The position numbers and the translations under genes were made by a program. A stretch of 64,000 nt of DNA from Syntrophomonas sp. (lineage in GTDB: Bacteria > Bacillota > Syntrophomonadia > Syntrophomonadales > Syntrophomonadaceae): the NCBI GenBank assembly GCA_016841875.1, contig JAENYG010000001.1, positions 139,247 through 203,246 of the forward strand. The letters run 5' to 3'. Numbering within the stretch: the stretch's first letter is position 1; each line of letters starts with the position of its first letter. Below are positions 24,332 through 33,568 of the stretch, one piece after another. Below the pieces are notes generated by a model. The model was not told the DNA's origin, did not search any database, and was given only the letters and a program-made list of their open reading frames with translations.

Positions 24332-25918
24332 ATGAGAAAAACTATAATAGTTTTATGTGCTATTTTACTGTGTTTCACCTTTGCTTTACCAGCCCTTGCA
24401 GCACCCACCGTCAATCTTGACGGCCAGCAGCTGTCCTTTGATGTGCCACCTACAATTGAAGACGGCAGAACCCTGGTTCCACTCCGGGCTATCTTTGAAG
24501 CCATGGGAGCAGAAGTATCCTGGGACCAAAATACCCGGACTGCCACGGCAATTAAGGGTGATACCACAGTGGTACTGCAGATCGGATCCACCACACCCAC
24601 AATAAACGGTCAGGTAAAAACACTGGATGTTCCAGCGAAGATCGTTAACGGCCGGACCCTGGCACCATTACGTTTCGTAGGTGAGGCCTTCGGTGGCACG
24701 GTTGAGTGGAATCAAGCCTCGCAGCTGATCTCCATAACTGCAGTTCCAACCTCGGGAACCCCTCCCCCGGCTGCAGCAGATATTTATGTCCACTTCATTG
24801 ACGTTGGCCAAGCGGATGCAATATACATAGAGCTCCCGGATCACAACGATATCCTTATTGATGGCGGCAATCGAGCAGACGGTCCCCTGGTAGTGGATTA
24901 CCTTCAGGGTCAGGGTGTAGATGATATTGAATTACTAATAGCCACCCACCCACATGAGGACCACATAGGAGGCTTACCAGATGTGCTGGATGCTTTTACC
25001 GTAGAGAGCATCCTGGACAGTGGTTATGCAGCCACTACTAACATATATAAAGAATACAGCAGCAAAGCCCAGGCCGAAGGGTGCAGCTGGGTTAGTGATA
25101 ATTACCAGACATACACCTGGGGCGCTGCCACCCTGCAGATTCTAACCGGCAACCAGTCCTGGGGTGATAATGCAAACGATTACTCTGTAGTCTGCCGGTT
25201 GGATGCTGGAGATATAGAATTCATGTTCATGGGCGATGCTGAGACTGAAGTAGAGGATATTCTAACCGGTTCCCTGGACGCTGAAATATTAAAGGTCGGC
25301 CATCATGGCAGCACCTCATCCAGCAGCCTGGCATTCCTCAACAAAGTGGATCCAAAAGTAGCAATCATATCTGTGGGAACCGGAAATACATACGGCCATC
25401 CGCACCAGGAAACGTTGGATAAGCTGCAAAGCATTGGTGCTACCATTCATAGAACAGACCTGGAAGGAACCATTGTGGTGAGCACTGACGGGACTACCTA
25501 CTATGCCGTTAACAATGATACTGATAATACCAATATACAGGTATCCGCAGTACAACCATCTGACCCCGCACCTATCCAAAATCCTGCAGGAAATGCACCC
25601 CCACTAATACCTGATCCATGGGTTGCCATAACAGATATTGACCTTCAGGGAGAAGTGGTAACCATCAAGAATGATTCCGGATGGACGGTGGATATGAGCG
25701 GTTGGTATCTGGTAAGTGTAACTGGCAATCAGACTTATTACTTCCCGGATGGCTTCAGCCTTTCGCCTGGCGGCACAGTTTATGTTACAAGCGGAAAAGG
25801 GGCAGTCGATCAATATCCTACGCACTTAAAGTGGACCGGGTCGTATATATGGAACAATGAAGGGGATCCTGGAAAGCTGTATAATTCCTCGGGGCAATTA
25901 GTCGCGCAATGGCCGTAA
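24332..25918 (+). CDS. secreted protein: signal peptide + two copper-amine-oxidase-N-like repeats + ComEC-type MBL domain + lamin-tail domain
   Basis: ATG lies behind AAAGGAGG. Signal peptide is MRKTIIVLCAILLCFTFALPALA. The repeats are DGRTLVPLRAIFEAMGAEVSWD and NGRTLAPLRFVGEAFGGTVEWN. The MBL domain shows HFIDVGQADA, ATHPHEDHIGG and VGHHGS. The C-terminal EVVTIKNDSGWTVDMSGWYLVS is LTD-like. Confidence 0.75.
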   Translation: MRKTIIVLCAILLCFTFALPALAAPTVNLDGQQLSFDVPPTIEDGRTLVPLRAIFEAMGAEVSWDQNTRTATAIKGDTTVVLQIGSTTPTINGQVKTLDVPAKIVNGRTLAPLRFVGEAFGGTVEWNQASQLISITAVPTSGTPPPAAADIYVHFIDVGQADAIYIELPDHNDILIDGGNRADGPLVVDYLQGQGVDDIELLIATHPHEDHIGGLPDVLDAFTVESILDSGYAATTNIYKEYSSKAQAEGCSWVSDNYQTYTWGAATLQILTGNQSWGDNANDYSVVCRLDAGDIEFMFMGDAETEVEDILTGSLDAEILKVGHHGSTSSSSLAFLNKVDPKVAIISVGTGNTYGHPHQETLDKLQSIGATIHRTDLEGTIVVSTDGTTYYAVNNDTDNTNIQVSAVQPSDPAPIQNPAGNAPPLIPDPWVAITDIDLQGEVVTIKNDSGWTVDMSGWYLVSVTGNQTYYFPDGFSLSPGGTVYVTSGKGAVDQYPTHLKWTGSYIWNNEGDPGKLYNSSGQLVAQWP

Positions 25919-26029
25919 GGATTTAATGGTTTAGAAAGATATGAGGAAAGACTAATCTGATTCGAAAAGAAGGAGCTAGGTATTTATCGTGTGGGGTTTG
26001 CGAACCACAAACCATGAAGGAGAAAAACT

Positions 26030-26905
26030 ATGCGATCTAAAATAATTAATCCTATTACAATTGTAGGTCTATTACTATCGCTTGCAACAGGTTTTATATT
26101 CTGGCGTTTTCAAGGACCTGATTACAAATTGGCTGTAACTAATGCTTTATTGCTATTTTTAATAATATTGGTGCTAAACTCTGTCTATCAGATCGTTTCA
26201 GAAATTAGAATTCAACAAGATATCTTAACTACTGGAATAAATAAACAACACCAAATAACAACCGAATTATTATCTATAAATAATCTGCTTAGCAAAGATG
26301 ATAAAATAAGATCAGATCTAGGCAAAATAGCTAAGGCCTTGGTAAAAATTCATTCAGCAGATCTGCATCCAATCTTTCAAAAACGTGCTCAAGATAATCT
26401 TGATAGGTTTGCTTACTCATTAAGTAAAATTGCTTCAGGCGAAGTTGCTGAAACTATAGGTAATGACTGGCCTCTTTATGCAGTTGTAGATGAAGCCCAC
26501 ACTTCACTAAAGTCAATTTCTTTAGTCTCCACCGCTTGGTGGCTATCTGAAATTGGGCAAAGGTATATTGAGAAGCTGGACCAAGCCATTATAAGAGGGG
26601 TTAAAACATCTCGAATATTCATAATAAAGGATAATGAAGATGATGAAGATTTAAAAAATATTGCATCCATTATGTATGATAAAGGTGTTCATGTCATGAT
26701 GGTTAGGGAATCAAATTTGCCGAAGGAATTACACATCGGGTACATCATATGTGATGAAACATTAGTACAAATTACTGAATATGATTTCAATAAGTATCCT
26801 AAATACCATACCTTTTCATGTAATCCTCAAACGGTACTTAAGGCAATCGAAGATTTTGACAAAGCAACAAGACGGACTATTGACTTTGTACCACTAGATA
26901 ACTAA
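26030..26905 (+). CDS. membrane-anchored hypothetical protein (two N-terminal TM helices, unassigned C-terminal domain)
   Basis: 291-aa ORF behind AAGGAG, AT-rich, no motif recognised. Confidence 0.5.
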   Translation: MRSKIINPITIVGLLLSLATGFIFWRFQGPDYKLAVTNALLLFLIILVLNSVYQIVSEIRIQQDILTTGINKQHQITTELLSINNLLSKDDKIRSDLGKIAKALVKIHSADLHPIFQKRAQDNLDRFAYSLSKIASGEVAETIGNDWPLYAVVDEAHTSLKSISLVSTAWWLSEIGQRYIEKLDQAIIRGVKTSRIFIIKDNEDDEDLKNIASIMYDKGVHVMMVRESNLPKELHIGYIICDETLVQITEYDFNKYPKYHTFSCNPQTVLKAIEDFDKATRRTIDFVPLDN

Positions 26906-27110
26906 TTTTTTAGCCTATCATTTAGTTTATAATCAGGATGTTCCTCTCTTTATTCCCAAACACACGTTCTCCTGTTTTCCCCTTTCTGATATCATATATA
27001 CAAATCCATCTAAATACTAAAGGAGTCCTGCCATGCCCACTACTGAAATACATTCTCTTATTCACTTTCTTTCTCTGCTATGATATAAACAAGGCATGGA
27101 GGGAAGCAAT

Positions 27111-28631
27111 ATGAAAACCGCAGTAGCTTACGCAAGATATAGTTCAGATAAACAGCGTGAAGAGTCAATTACAGCCCAATTAAGGGCTATTTATGATTAT
27201 GCTCATAAAAATGATATTGAGGTGATCCGGGAATACAAGGATGAAGGTAAAAGTGCTACATCTGATGATCGCCCAGGATTCCGCCAGATGTTTTACGAGA
27301 TAAAAGAAATTAAACCGGACCTGGTATTGGTTCATAAGTTAGATCGGTTTGCTCGTGATCGATTTGATTCTGCTATTTACCGAAGAGAAATTCAACGGGC
27401 TAATGCACGGCTTATTGCAGTAGACCAACCCCTCGATGATTCACCCGAATCTGCACTTCTTGAAAGTCTGCTTGAAGGTATGAATGAGTTTTACTCAAAA
27501 AACCTTGCCAGGGAGGTAATGAAAGGTATGACTGAAAACGCTCACCAGGCGAAATTTAACGGTGGCTGGGTGCCTTTGGGATATGATATCGACAGCGACA
27601 AAAACTATGTAATCAATGAAAGTGAAGCCGAAACTATAAAGTTAATATTCAACATGAAGCTGCAGGGCAATAGTTATACGGCTATTGCTGAAGAACTAAA
27701 TAAACAGGGGCGATTTACAAAACGCGGCAGGCCCTTTGGAAAAAACTCTATATATGAGATTCTTAGAAATGAAAAATACTGTGGTACATACCTATTTAAC
27801 CAGACTCCTAAAAAAGTAGCTGGGAAAAGAAATAACCGGGTAAAGAAGGATGCTAGTCAAATAATTCGTGTGGAAAATGCCATACCCATAATCATCCCCA
27901 GGGAAGAATGGGGGAAGGTACAAGAAATGATGAATGGAAACGTCAGAACTAAGTCCAGGACTAGCTCCACTGTATTCATATTAAGCGGTATACTTAGATG
28001 CCCTGAGTGCGGTTCTGCTATGACTGGCCAGAGTATTACAAAGACTGTAAAAGGAGAAAAACAGAAGTATTATTATTACATGTGCAGTATGGCCAAACGC
28101 ACCGGGGAATGCAGCCACACTAAGCAATACCGCAAGGAACCGTTGGAAGAAAAAGCTATTGAAGCCCTAAAAAATCGGGTAATAAAGGTTAAAGACATAC
28201 CTAACCTGGCAGACCAACTGTGGGCAGAGATCAATAAAATAAATATCAATAGGGATGAAGAGCAAGAAAAGCTAATCAAACAGCTCAAGGAAGTAGAAAA
28301 AACGATTGAAAACTATATGCATGCCATTGAAAAAGGAGCTGCCGTTGATCTAATTATAGATAAATTTAATCAAGCTGGGGAGCAGAAGAAATATCTTGAG
28401 GCAAGAATTGCTGAAAGGCGTAGCCCATTTGATGATCTCACAAAGAAAGACATAGTCAAATACTTGAAATCCCAGCAGAGTATAGAAATTGATGAAGAGG
28501 ATTTAACCAGCTGTAAAAAGATAATAGCCGAATGCTGTGATTCGGCTACCATTGCTGATGATAGTTCATTAAAAATTATATTCAAATACCATTTCGGTAC
28601 TGATAATCATGGTGTCGGAGGCGGGACTTGA
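27111..28631 (+). CDS. large serine recombinase (phage integrase)
   Basis: MKTAVAYARYSSDKQ (catalytic Ser region), a resolvase core, a recombinase domain and the zinc ribbon CPECG...C...C. ATG lies behind GGAGGGAAG. The last 22 nt overlap the tRNA-Leu 3' end. Confidence 0.9.
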   Translation: MKTAVAYARYSSDKQREESITAQLRAIYDYAHKNDIEVIREYKDEGKSATSDDRPGFRQMFYEIKEIKPDLVLVHKLDRFARDRFDSAIYRREIQRANARLIAVDQPLDDSPESALLESLLEGMNEFYSKNLAREVMKGMTENAHQAKFNGGWVPLGYDIDSDKNYVINESEAETIKLIFNMKLQGNSYTAIAEELNKQGRFTKRGRPFGKNSIYEILRNEKYCGTYLFNQTPKKVAGKRNNRVKKDASQIIRVENAIPIIIPREEWGKVQEMMNGNVRTKSRTSSTVFILSGILRCPECGSAMTGQSITKTVKGEKQKYYYYMCSMAKRTGECSHTKQYRKEPLEEKAIEALKNRVIKVKDIPNLADQLWAEINKININRDEEQEKLIKQLKEVEKTIENYMHAIEKGAAVDLIIDKFNQAGEQKKYLEARIAERRSPFDDLTKKDIVKYLKSQQSIEIDEEDLTSCKKIIAECCDSATIADDSSLKIIFKYHFGTDNHGVGGGT

Positions 28632-28694
28632 ACCCGCACCCAGTTACGGATACGCCCCTCAAACGTACGTGTCTGCCGGTTCCACCACTCCGAC
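28610..28694 (-). tRNA. tRNA-Leu (anticodon GAG), class II with long variable arm, encoded CCA
   Basis: Hand-folded: acceptor GTCGGAG/CTCCGAC, D-arm GTG-GAACCGGCAGA-CAC, anticodon stem TACGT/GCGTA with loop TTGAGGG, 13-nt variable arm, T-arm GCGGG-TTCAAGT-CCCGC, then ACCA. Total 85 nt. Confidence 0.85.
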
Positions 28695-28725
28695 ACAAGT
28701 AGTGCTGTCGTTCCCGACACACGGT

Positions 28726-28755
28726 ATTATACAATAGTTTTGAGGTTCATGTCAA
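28726..28755 (-). promoter_or_regulatory. consensus sigma-A promoter for tRNA-Leu
   Basis: On the minus strand: TTGACA (28755..28750), 18-nt spacer, TATAAT (28731..28726), about 30 nt upstream of the tRNA 5' end. Confidence 0.6.
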
Positions 28756-29264
28756 TCGTCTTTACCTTCCAGTGCTGTTGGTACTGTGATATTATCACCA
28801 ATAGTGCTCAAATAATATTCCTATGACAAAACATGCATTATTCAGTAAGAACAATAAAGGATCACCGTTATCCAGTAAATAATCCAGGCATGTAACCTTA
28901 TGGGGGAACTTAGCTGCAGCATATTAATCAATAGCAATGTTTAAAGCAAACAGCTATACCGTTTCTGCTTTCCTGTTCTTTGGTGGATTGGTAATGTTAT
29001 CAAGAAATCTTCATATAGTCTTAAAATTGGTTTGATATTAACAGTTCAAAAAATATAATTGGTAAAATTCGATAGCCTCTCGACGGCCCCCCCCATAATC
29101 ATTAAAATATATATGTAAGCAGTAAATGTAAATAAAATGCTCTATTTCCATTTGCTACCCGTAGCGCATGCCGAGAGTCTGTCCAGGCAAAGGAGGTCGT
29201 AAATAACCATATCCAAGTTGTTAGGGACCGAAATTATTATTAATATTAGGAGGAAATCAAAAAG

Positions 29265-30029
29265 ATGAAGATTTTTAAGAAAAAGACCTTACTAATTCTA
29301 GGTGTAATGTTGATTGTGATAATTGGGGCAGTTTCAAGTGTCTCCGCTTCATCAACCTGGCAGACGCTTCAAGCCTATAGGGGTGTTAAAATATTCTACA
29401 ATGGGGTGGAAATGACTGATTCCAGCCAGTCTTATATTATCAATAACACTACATATGTACCCTTGCGGATGATAATGGAAAAAATGGGCAGTAATGTGGT
29501 CTGGGATTCCAATAACTACTGGGTTTTATTAACAGATAACTCCGCCGCACTTGAAGCAAGTATTGAGGAAAAGGATGATGAAATAGCTTCGCTAGAAAGT
29601 ACCATTGCCAAATTAGAGAGAAAAGTCTCTTCATTGGAAGATACCATTGATGATCTTGAGGATGAACTTGATGAAAATGATATCAGTACCAGTGATATCA
29701 GGGACACTCTGTATTATTATTATGAGGATGCCGGGGACGACTACTTTGATGACAGAGGGATCGAAGTTTCCATAAGCGTGAGTGGGGATGAGGATGACTT
29801 GGCCTATACCATTAAGTTTGATTTCGATGATGCCGATGAATATGAAGATCTGACTGAACTCGACGAAAACGATATCGAGTCTTTCCTGGATGATGTAGAA
29901 GATACTATCTATGATGAAATCGATAATACTGATTTTGAAGATGCCGATATCACAGGCAGACTTGTTGATAAAAATGATTCCGATTATTATGTTCAATATA
30001 ATGGCCGTTACTATATTACCAGCTGGTAA
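29265..30029 (+). CDS. secreted protein: copper-amine-oxidase-N-like domain, coiled coil, very acidic C-terminal half
   Basis: Has a signal/TM segment and YVPLRMIMEKMGSNVVWDS. The C-terminus is rich in D/E (DDLEDELDENDI...). RBS AGGAGG. Confidence 0.6.
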   Translation: MKIFKKKTLLILGVMLIVIIGAVSSVSASSTWQTLQAYRGVKIFYNGVEMTDSSQSYIINNTTYVPLRMIMEKMGSNVVWDSNNYWVLLTDNSAALEASIEEKDDEIASLESTIAKLERKVSSLEDTIDDLEDELDENDISTSDIRDTLYYYYEDAGDDYFDDRGIEVSISVSGDEDDLAYTIKFDFDDADEYEDLTELDENDIESFLDDVEDTIYDEIDNTDFEDADITGRLVDKNDSDYYVQYNGRYYITSW

Positions 30030-30093
30030 TATAGTATTGCTGAATATGAATTATTAATAGAAAACTCAAATAAAAATGTTTTTTCACTAGCTA

Positions 30094-30122
30094 TACCGCG
30101 GATTTTTTCCGCGGTTTCTTTT
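30094..30122 (+). terminator. intrinsic terminator
   Basis: ACCGCGGA-TTTTT-TCCGCGGT followed by TTCTTTTG. Confidence 0.7.
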
Positions 30123-30411
30123 GCTGGTTTTATTCGAGAATGAGCGAGGGGACAAGAAACCTCTATCCTTGATCCCAGCGCAAACCTCTTTTTCAGTTAA
30201 TCAACAAGCTTGGGCCTATGGCCGTATCATCCCAAGTCAAGACGTGGGAGTTCCAGGGCTTTTAAGGTATAAGATGGCTGATCTAATGGGCATAGCATGA
30301 TGATGAAAAGATTTTGCAAAGTAAATTGTTTTATGCTGCGAGCTCAAGTACAATGATCTTGACGACTAATGGATCTGTTCCAAGAAAACTTATACATAGA
30401 GGTGGTAAAAA

Positions 30412-30858
30412 ATGAAATATGCTCATACTAATATTGTTGCCAGGGATTGGAGAAAGCTGGCTCAATTTTATGTAGATGTATTTGAATGCCAGCCGGTATA
30501 TCCGGAAAGAGATCTATATGGAGAATGGATAGATAAAACTACCGGGATTAATAATGTGAGAATCAAAGGAATCCATCTTAGATTGCCTGGATATGAAGAT
30601 GGCCCCACTCTGGAAATTTTTGAGTATATACCTGATAATCTACGGAATTATGAACCTGCCATAAATATGCAGGGTTTTGGTCATATAGCATTTGAAGTTG
30701 ATTCAGTGGAAGATATTTTACAAAACTTACTCAAGCATAGCGGGAGTCATCTGGGAGAAGTAATTGTAAAAGAATATGATAACATCGGTGTTTTGACTGT
30801 TGTCTATGCCAGAGACCCCGAAGGTAATTTCGTAGAAATACAGAATTGGAAGAAATAA
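30412..30858 (+). CDS. VOC/glyoxalase-family protein
   Basis: 148 aa with HTNIVARDW..., GHIAFEVDSVEDI and DPEGNFVEIQ, typical of the glyoxalase/bleomycin-resistance fold. Confidence 0.75.
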   Translation: MKYAHTNIVARDWRKLAQFYVDVFECQPVYPERDLYGEWIDKTTGINNVRIKGIHLRLPGYEDGPTLEIFEYIPDNLRNYEPAINMQGFGHIAFEVDSVEDILQNLLKHSGSHLGEVIVKEYDNIGVLTVVYARDPEGNFVEIQNWKK

Positions 30859-30925
30859 AGCGAGGAGACAGGTTGTCAAACAGCACCGTCCCCTATGACA
30901 ATCCGGAGAAGGTAGGATCGGAGTA

Positions 30926-31267
30926 ATGGATAAGAATAACCCTGAAGAGAAAGGTCTTGCTCCCAAAACTGCTGCTGCATCTCTATTGCTGGGTATCGGC
31001 AGTTTAATCGCCATGGTGTTAGCGATTGTGATCGGCATAAAAGTAGAGGATATCGGTATATTATCCCTTTTCCGGGGCCTGGTTTTACCTATATCCGTAG
31101 CCGCTATCGTTCTTGGGTTTTTAGCACTGCGAAAGATTACAGCAGAAGGCCTGGAAGGTCAACGGATAGCCACAATAGGTATAGTACTTGGTGGCATCAC
31201 TCTAGTCCTGATATCTATTGCGGTGGTGGCAGCAATAGCCTTTTTTGCGCCCTGGCTGTCTGCATAG
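30926..31267 (+). CDS. DUF4190-like small membrane protein
   Basis: 113 aa with three or four hydrophobic helices (ASLLLGIGSLIAMVLAIVIG...GIVLGGITLVLISIAVV). Confidence 0.5.
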   Translation: MDKNNPEEKGLAPKTAAASLLLGIGSLIAMVLAIVIGIKVEDIGILSLFRGLVLPISVAAIVLGFLALRKITAEGLEGQRIATIGIVLGGITLVLISIAVVAAIAFFAPWLSA

Positions 31268-31523
31268 GCAGTAATGGGATAAGGTTCATCAGCTGTCCCC
31301 ACGAACCTGTAGCGGCAAAAATTTGGGCTAAAACGAGCGAAAATACCACAAACCCCAGGGGTGATAAATAGCCTTCCCAATATAGGCAAAAAAGGCTACC
31401 GGAGTACTTAAAGCGATGGTGAGGGCAGCGCAAGCAGATCCTTAAATATAAGGTGAGCATAACATGCATAGAGCGGGAAACGCCCGGTTAAAATAAAGCT
31501 GATATTGCAGGGAGGTGAACTGA

Positions 31524-31763
31524 TTGAGTGACTTAAACATTGTCGGGATCAGGCTGGATGACCGCAGCGATCATGCCAGCAGCGTACAAAAGGTATTGAC
31601 TAACTACGGAGATCAAATCGTAGGACGGTTCGGAATACCGACTCCTGACAAACAAGATGGTCTGATCGCAGTAGTCATAGAAGCAGAAAGCAGTGATGTT
31701 CAATGCCTGACCGACGATTTGCGGAAAATAGATGGGGTTATCGCTAATTCATTGAATCTGTAG
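31524..31763 (+). CDS. TM1266-type small ACT/NikR-C-like regulator (family linked to [FeFe]-hydrogenase maturation)
   Basis: 79 aa, TTG start behind GGGAGGTGA. NIVGIRLDD...VQKVLTNYGDQIVGRFGIP...IAVVIEA fits my recollection of the family. Confidence 0.45.
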   Translation: MSDLNIVGIRLDDRSDHASSVQKVLTNYGDQIVGRFGIPTPDKQDGLIAVVIEAESSDVQCLTDDLRKIDGVIANSLNL

Positions 31764-31896
31764 AGAAGAATCCGGCACCCCCTCCCTTTATGGCCTTATA
31801 GTAAGGCTGCCCAGGTAGTAACCATAAGTGACAAAACCGATCGCTCAATTAATTGACGCAATCGGTTTATTTTATGGATTTATAAAATTTCAATCT

Positions 31897-32394
31897 TTAA
31901 AATTTAAAGCCATTAATTATTTTATTTACTAGTGATTTATTAAAATTTCTTAATGTTTCAACTGCCATATGAAGCTGGGCACTAAAACTGTTTACGGTCA
32001 TTTCCGGTTGACACCGCGATGGCCCTACCGTCAATGGACTAAATCCGGTAAAAGATGCTGCCTTTTGATTCAGTTCATGAAATTTAAGCGGCATAGGTAT
32101 GCCTGTTTTACAGTACCGGGCAAAATGGTAGCAATTATTCCATACCAGATGATAACCGGCTTGTCCAACATAAGATAATGCGGTATTCACTACTTCATCT
32201 GCATCTTTGTATTCACAATATGCAACCGTCTTTCTGGTTCCGCCTTTTAAAAATACATTCATATCAGTTCTCTGGATGTATGAATCAAATTTTTTAAACG
32301 GTTCACCAGTGAAATGTATGCAGGTACCATCACCCATATCGATAGCATGATGAAAATAAAAATAACGAAATACTTTAATATGATCGCCTCTCAA
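31897..32394 (-). CDS. LRAT/NlpC-P60 superfamily protein
   Basis: GDHIKV...HHAIDMGDG..IHF (His) and NCYHFARYCKTG (catalytic Cys, the NCEHF-type LRAT motif). TTG start. Confidence 0.65.
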   Translation of the reverse strand: MRGDHIKVFRYFYFHHAIDMGDGTCIHFTGEPFKKFDSYIQRTDMNVFLKGGTRKTVAYCEYKDADEVVNTALSYVGQAGYHLVWNNCYHFARYCKTGIPMPLKFHELNQKAASFTGFSPLTVGPSRCQPEMTVNSFSAQLHMAVETLRNFNKSLVNKIINGFKF

Positions 32395-32497
32395 GTTTAC
32401 TACTCCCCTATTTTTTTTGTTGGTGGCTTAATATACTTGTACCAAACAAGCTAGCATATATTTTATCACAAAAATCATAAGACCGGTTAAATTATGT

Positions 32498-32740
32498 ATG
32501 ATTCGGGATTTTTTAAAATTCATTCTTGAGGGGGATAACAGGGAAATATTAGAACTAAAAAAGTTAAAACCACAGATATTATCTATGGTTTTAGCTTTTA
32601 TTGATTTTCTTGCTCAGGCCGAGATAAGCCCAAGACACGCTATAAATCAGTTATTAATCAGTCAGCTAAGAGACCGAAGGATAGACTTAACTGAAACTGC
32701 ACCGGCTATCTTATCGAATATTCACATCGGATGGAGTTAG
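32498..32740 (+). CDS. hypothetical protein
   Basis: 80-aa ORF, no clear RBS, end overlaps the convergent gene by 4 nt. Confidence 0.25.
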   Translation: MIRDFLKFILEGDNREILELKKLKPQILSMVLAFIDFLAQAEISPRHAINQLLISQLRDRRIDLTETAPAILSNIHIGWS

Positions 32741-33321
32741 GATGCCAGGGCATTGATGCCTACATTAGTAAGAGATAAACACTCAATATTATCAGTATCG
32801 ATATCAACCACCTCCACCACATACAGGCAGCAATCCGAGCAATCACAGCACTCACACCAGGTAAAGCCAAAAGGCTCCTTGATATCAATTTCTATCTCTG
32901 AGCTGCCACCATTTGAATTAACCTGCTCAGGTTCGCCACCATTAGCGGCAGCGATGCGCCAGCGGCGATCTATATCTACTTCTTTTTCATAAACCCAGGT
33001 ACCCAGCGCAATCTTTGGTCCACCATCGCAAGCTCTGCTTAATTGGAAGATAAGCCGGATGAAAAATTCCCCATCTCTGCTTTCTGCTTTAAAATTAATC
33101 ATGGTGGAAAAGTCAATTTTAACCGTAGGGCAATATAGTCCGCTGCTGTTAAGTGATACAGTACCTGCAACGTAAGCTGCGTGATCATACCCTCTGCCAC
33201 CTCTAGAACTTACCGGGATAGTTAGTCCGGTACCGGTTCCACAATTCAGAACTACTTTGGGGCCATGAGAATCAGGATGAAAGCAACCTGTGTCTTCTTC
33301 AGGCAATTTGTAATTTGACAT
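32737..33321 (-). CDS. hypothetical Cys-rich protein (CECCDCSDCC cluster)
   Basis: 194-aa ORF behind AGGAGG. No signal peptide seen. Divergent from the DNRLRE gene. Confidence 0.55.
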   Translation of the reverse strand: MSNYKLPEEDTGCFHPDSHGPKVVLNCGTGTGLTIPVSSRGGRGYDHAAYVAGTVSLNSSGLYCPTVKIDFSTMINFKAESRDGEFFIRLIFQLSRACDGGPKIALGTWVYEKEVDIDRRWRIAAANGGEPEQVNSNGGSSEIEIDIKEPFGFTWCECCDCSDCCLYVVEVVDIDTDNIECLSLTNVGINALAS

Positions 33322-33568
33322 AAATAATACCTCCTAATGATTATTTATCTAAGGGGCTTAATTTTAAATAGGTAATGGTTTAGTTTGTGGACATTACCAT
33401 TTCTACAATAATTTATTCAATAGCCCAAAATTTGTTACTGTAAACAAGTTCTTATTTATAATCAAGGAAAGAAAAAACATGGGTTCTCTGTCACAATATT
33501 CCAGTGGATAAATTAAATTAACATTATTCCTTCTTATGTAATATTTTATATTAGATGAAAGAGAGGGG

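Larger units (their letters stand above)
1..28631. mobile_element. Temperate prophage, integrase-proximal arm (left end is outside the window): early/replication genes, Cro/CI switch, ~15 kb cargo island, terminal large serine integrase next to tRNA-Leu
   Basis: Continuous minus-strand block of small, tightly packed or overlapping phage-type genes (RecT, SMC-like ATPase, replication initiator). Divergent Cro-like/CI-like pair with operators. Serine recombinase whose 3' end overlaps a tRNA gene. Confidence 0.8.

Noticed and set aside
30727-31469. Minus-strand ORFs 30727..31038, 31159..31389 and 31215..31469
   Set aside because: They overlap the VOC and DUF4190 genes in antisense or run through an intergenic region. 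They have an odd composition and no RBS.
31268-31523. Possible riboswitch (for example c-di-GMP) in the 250-nt gap before the TM1266-like gene
   Set aside because: A few GCAAA/GGC motifs occur, but nothing resembles a complete GEMM or other riboswitch consensus. This cannot be supported without a covariance-model scan.
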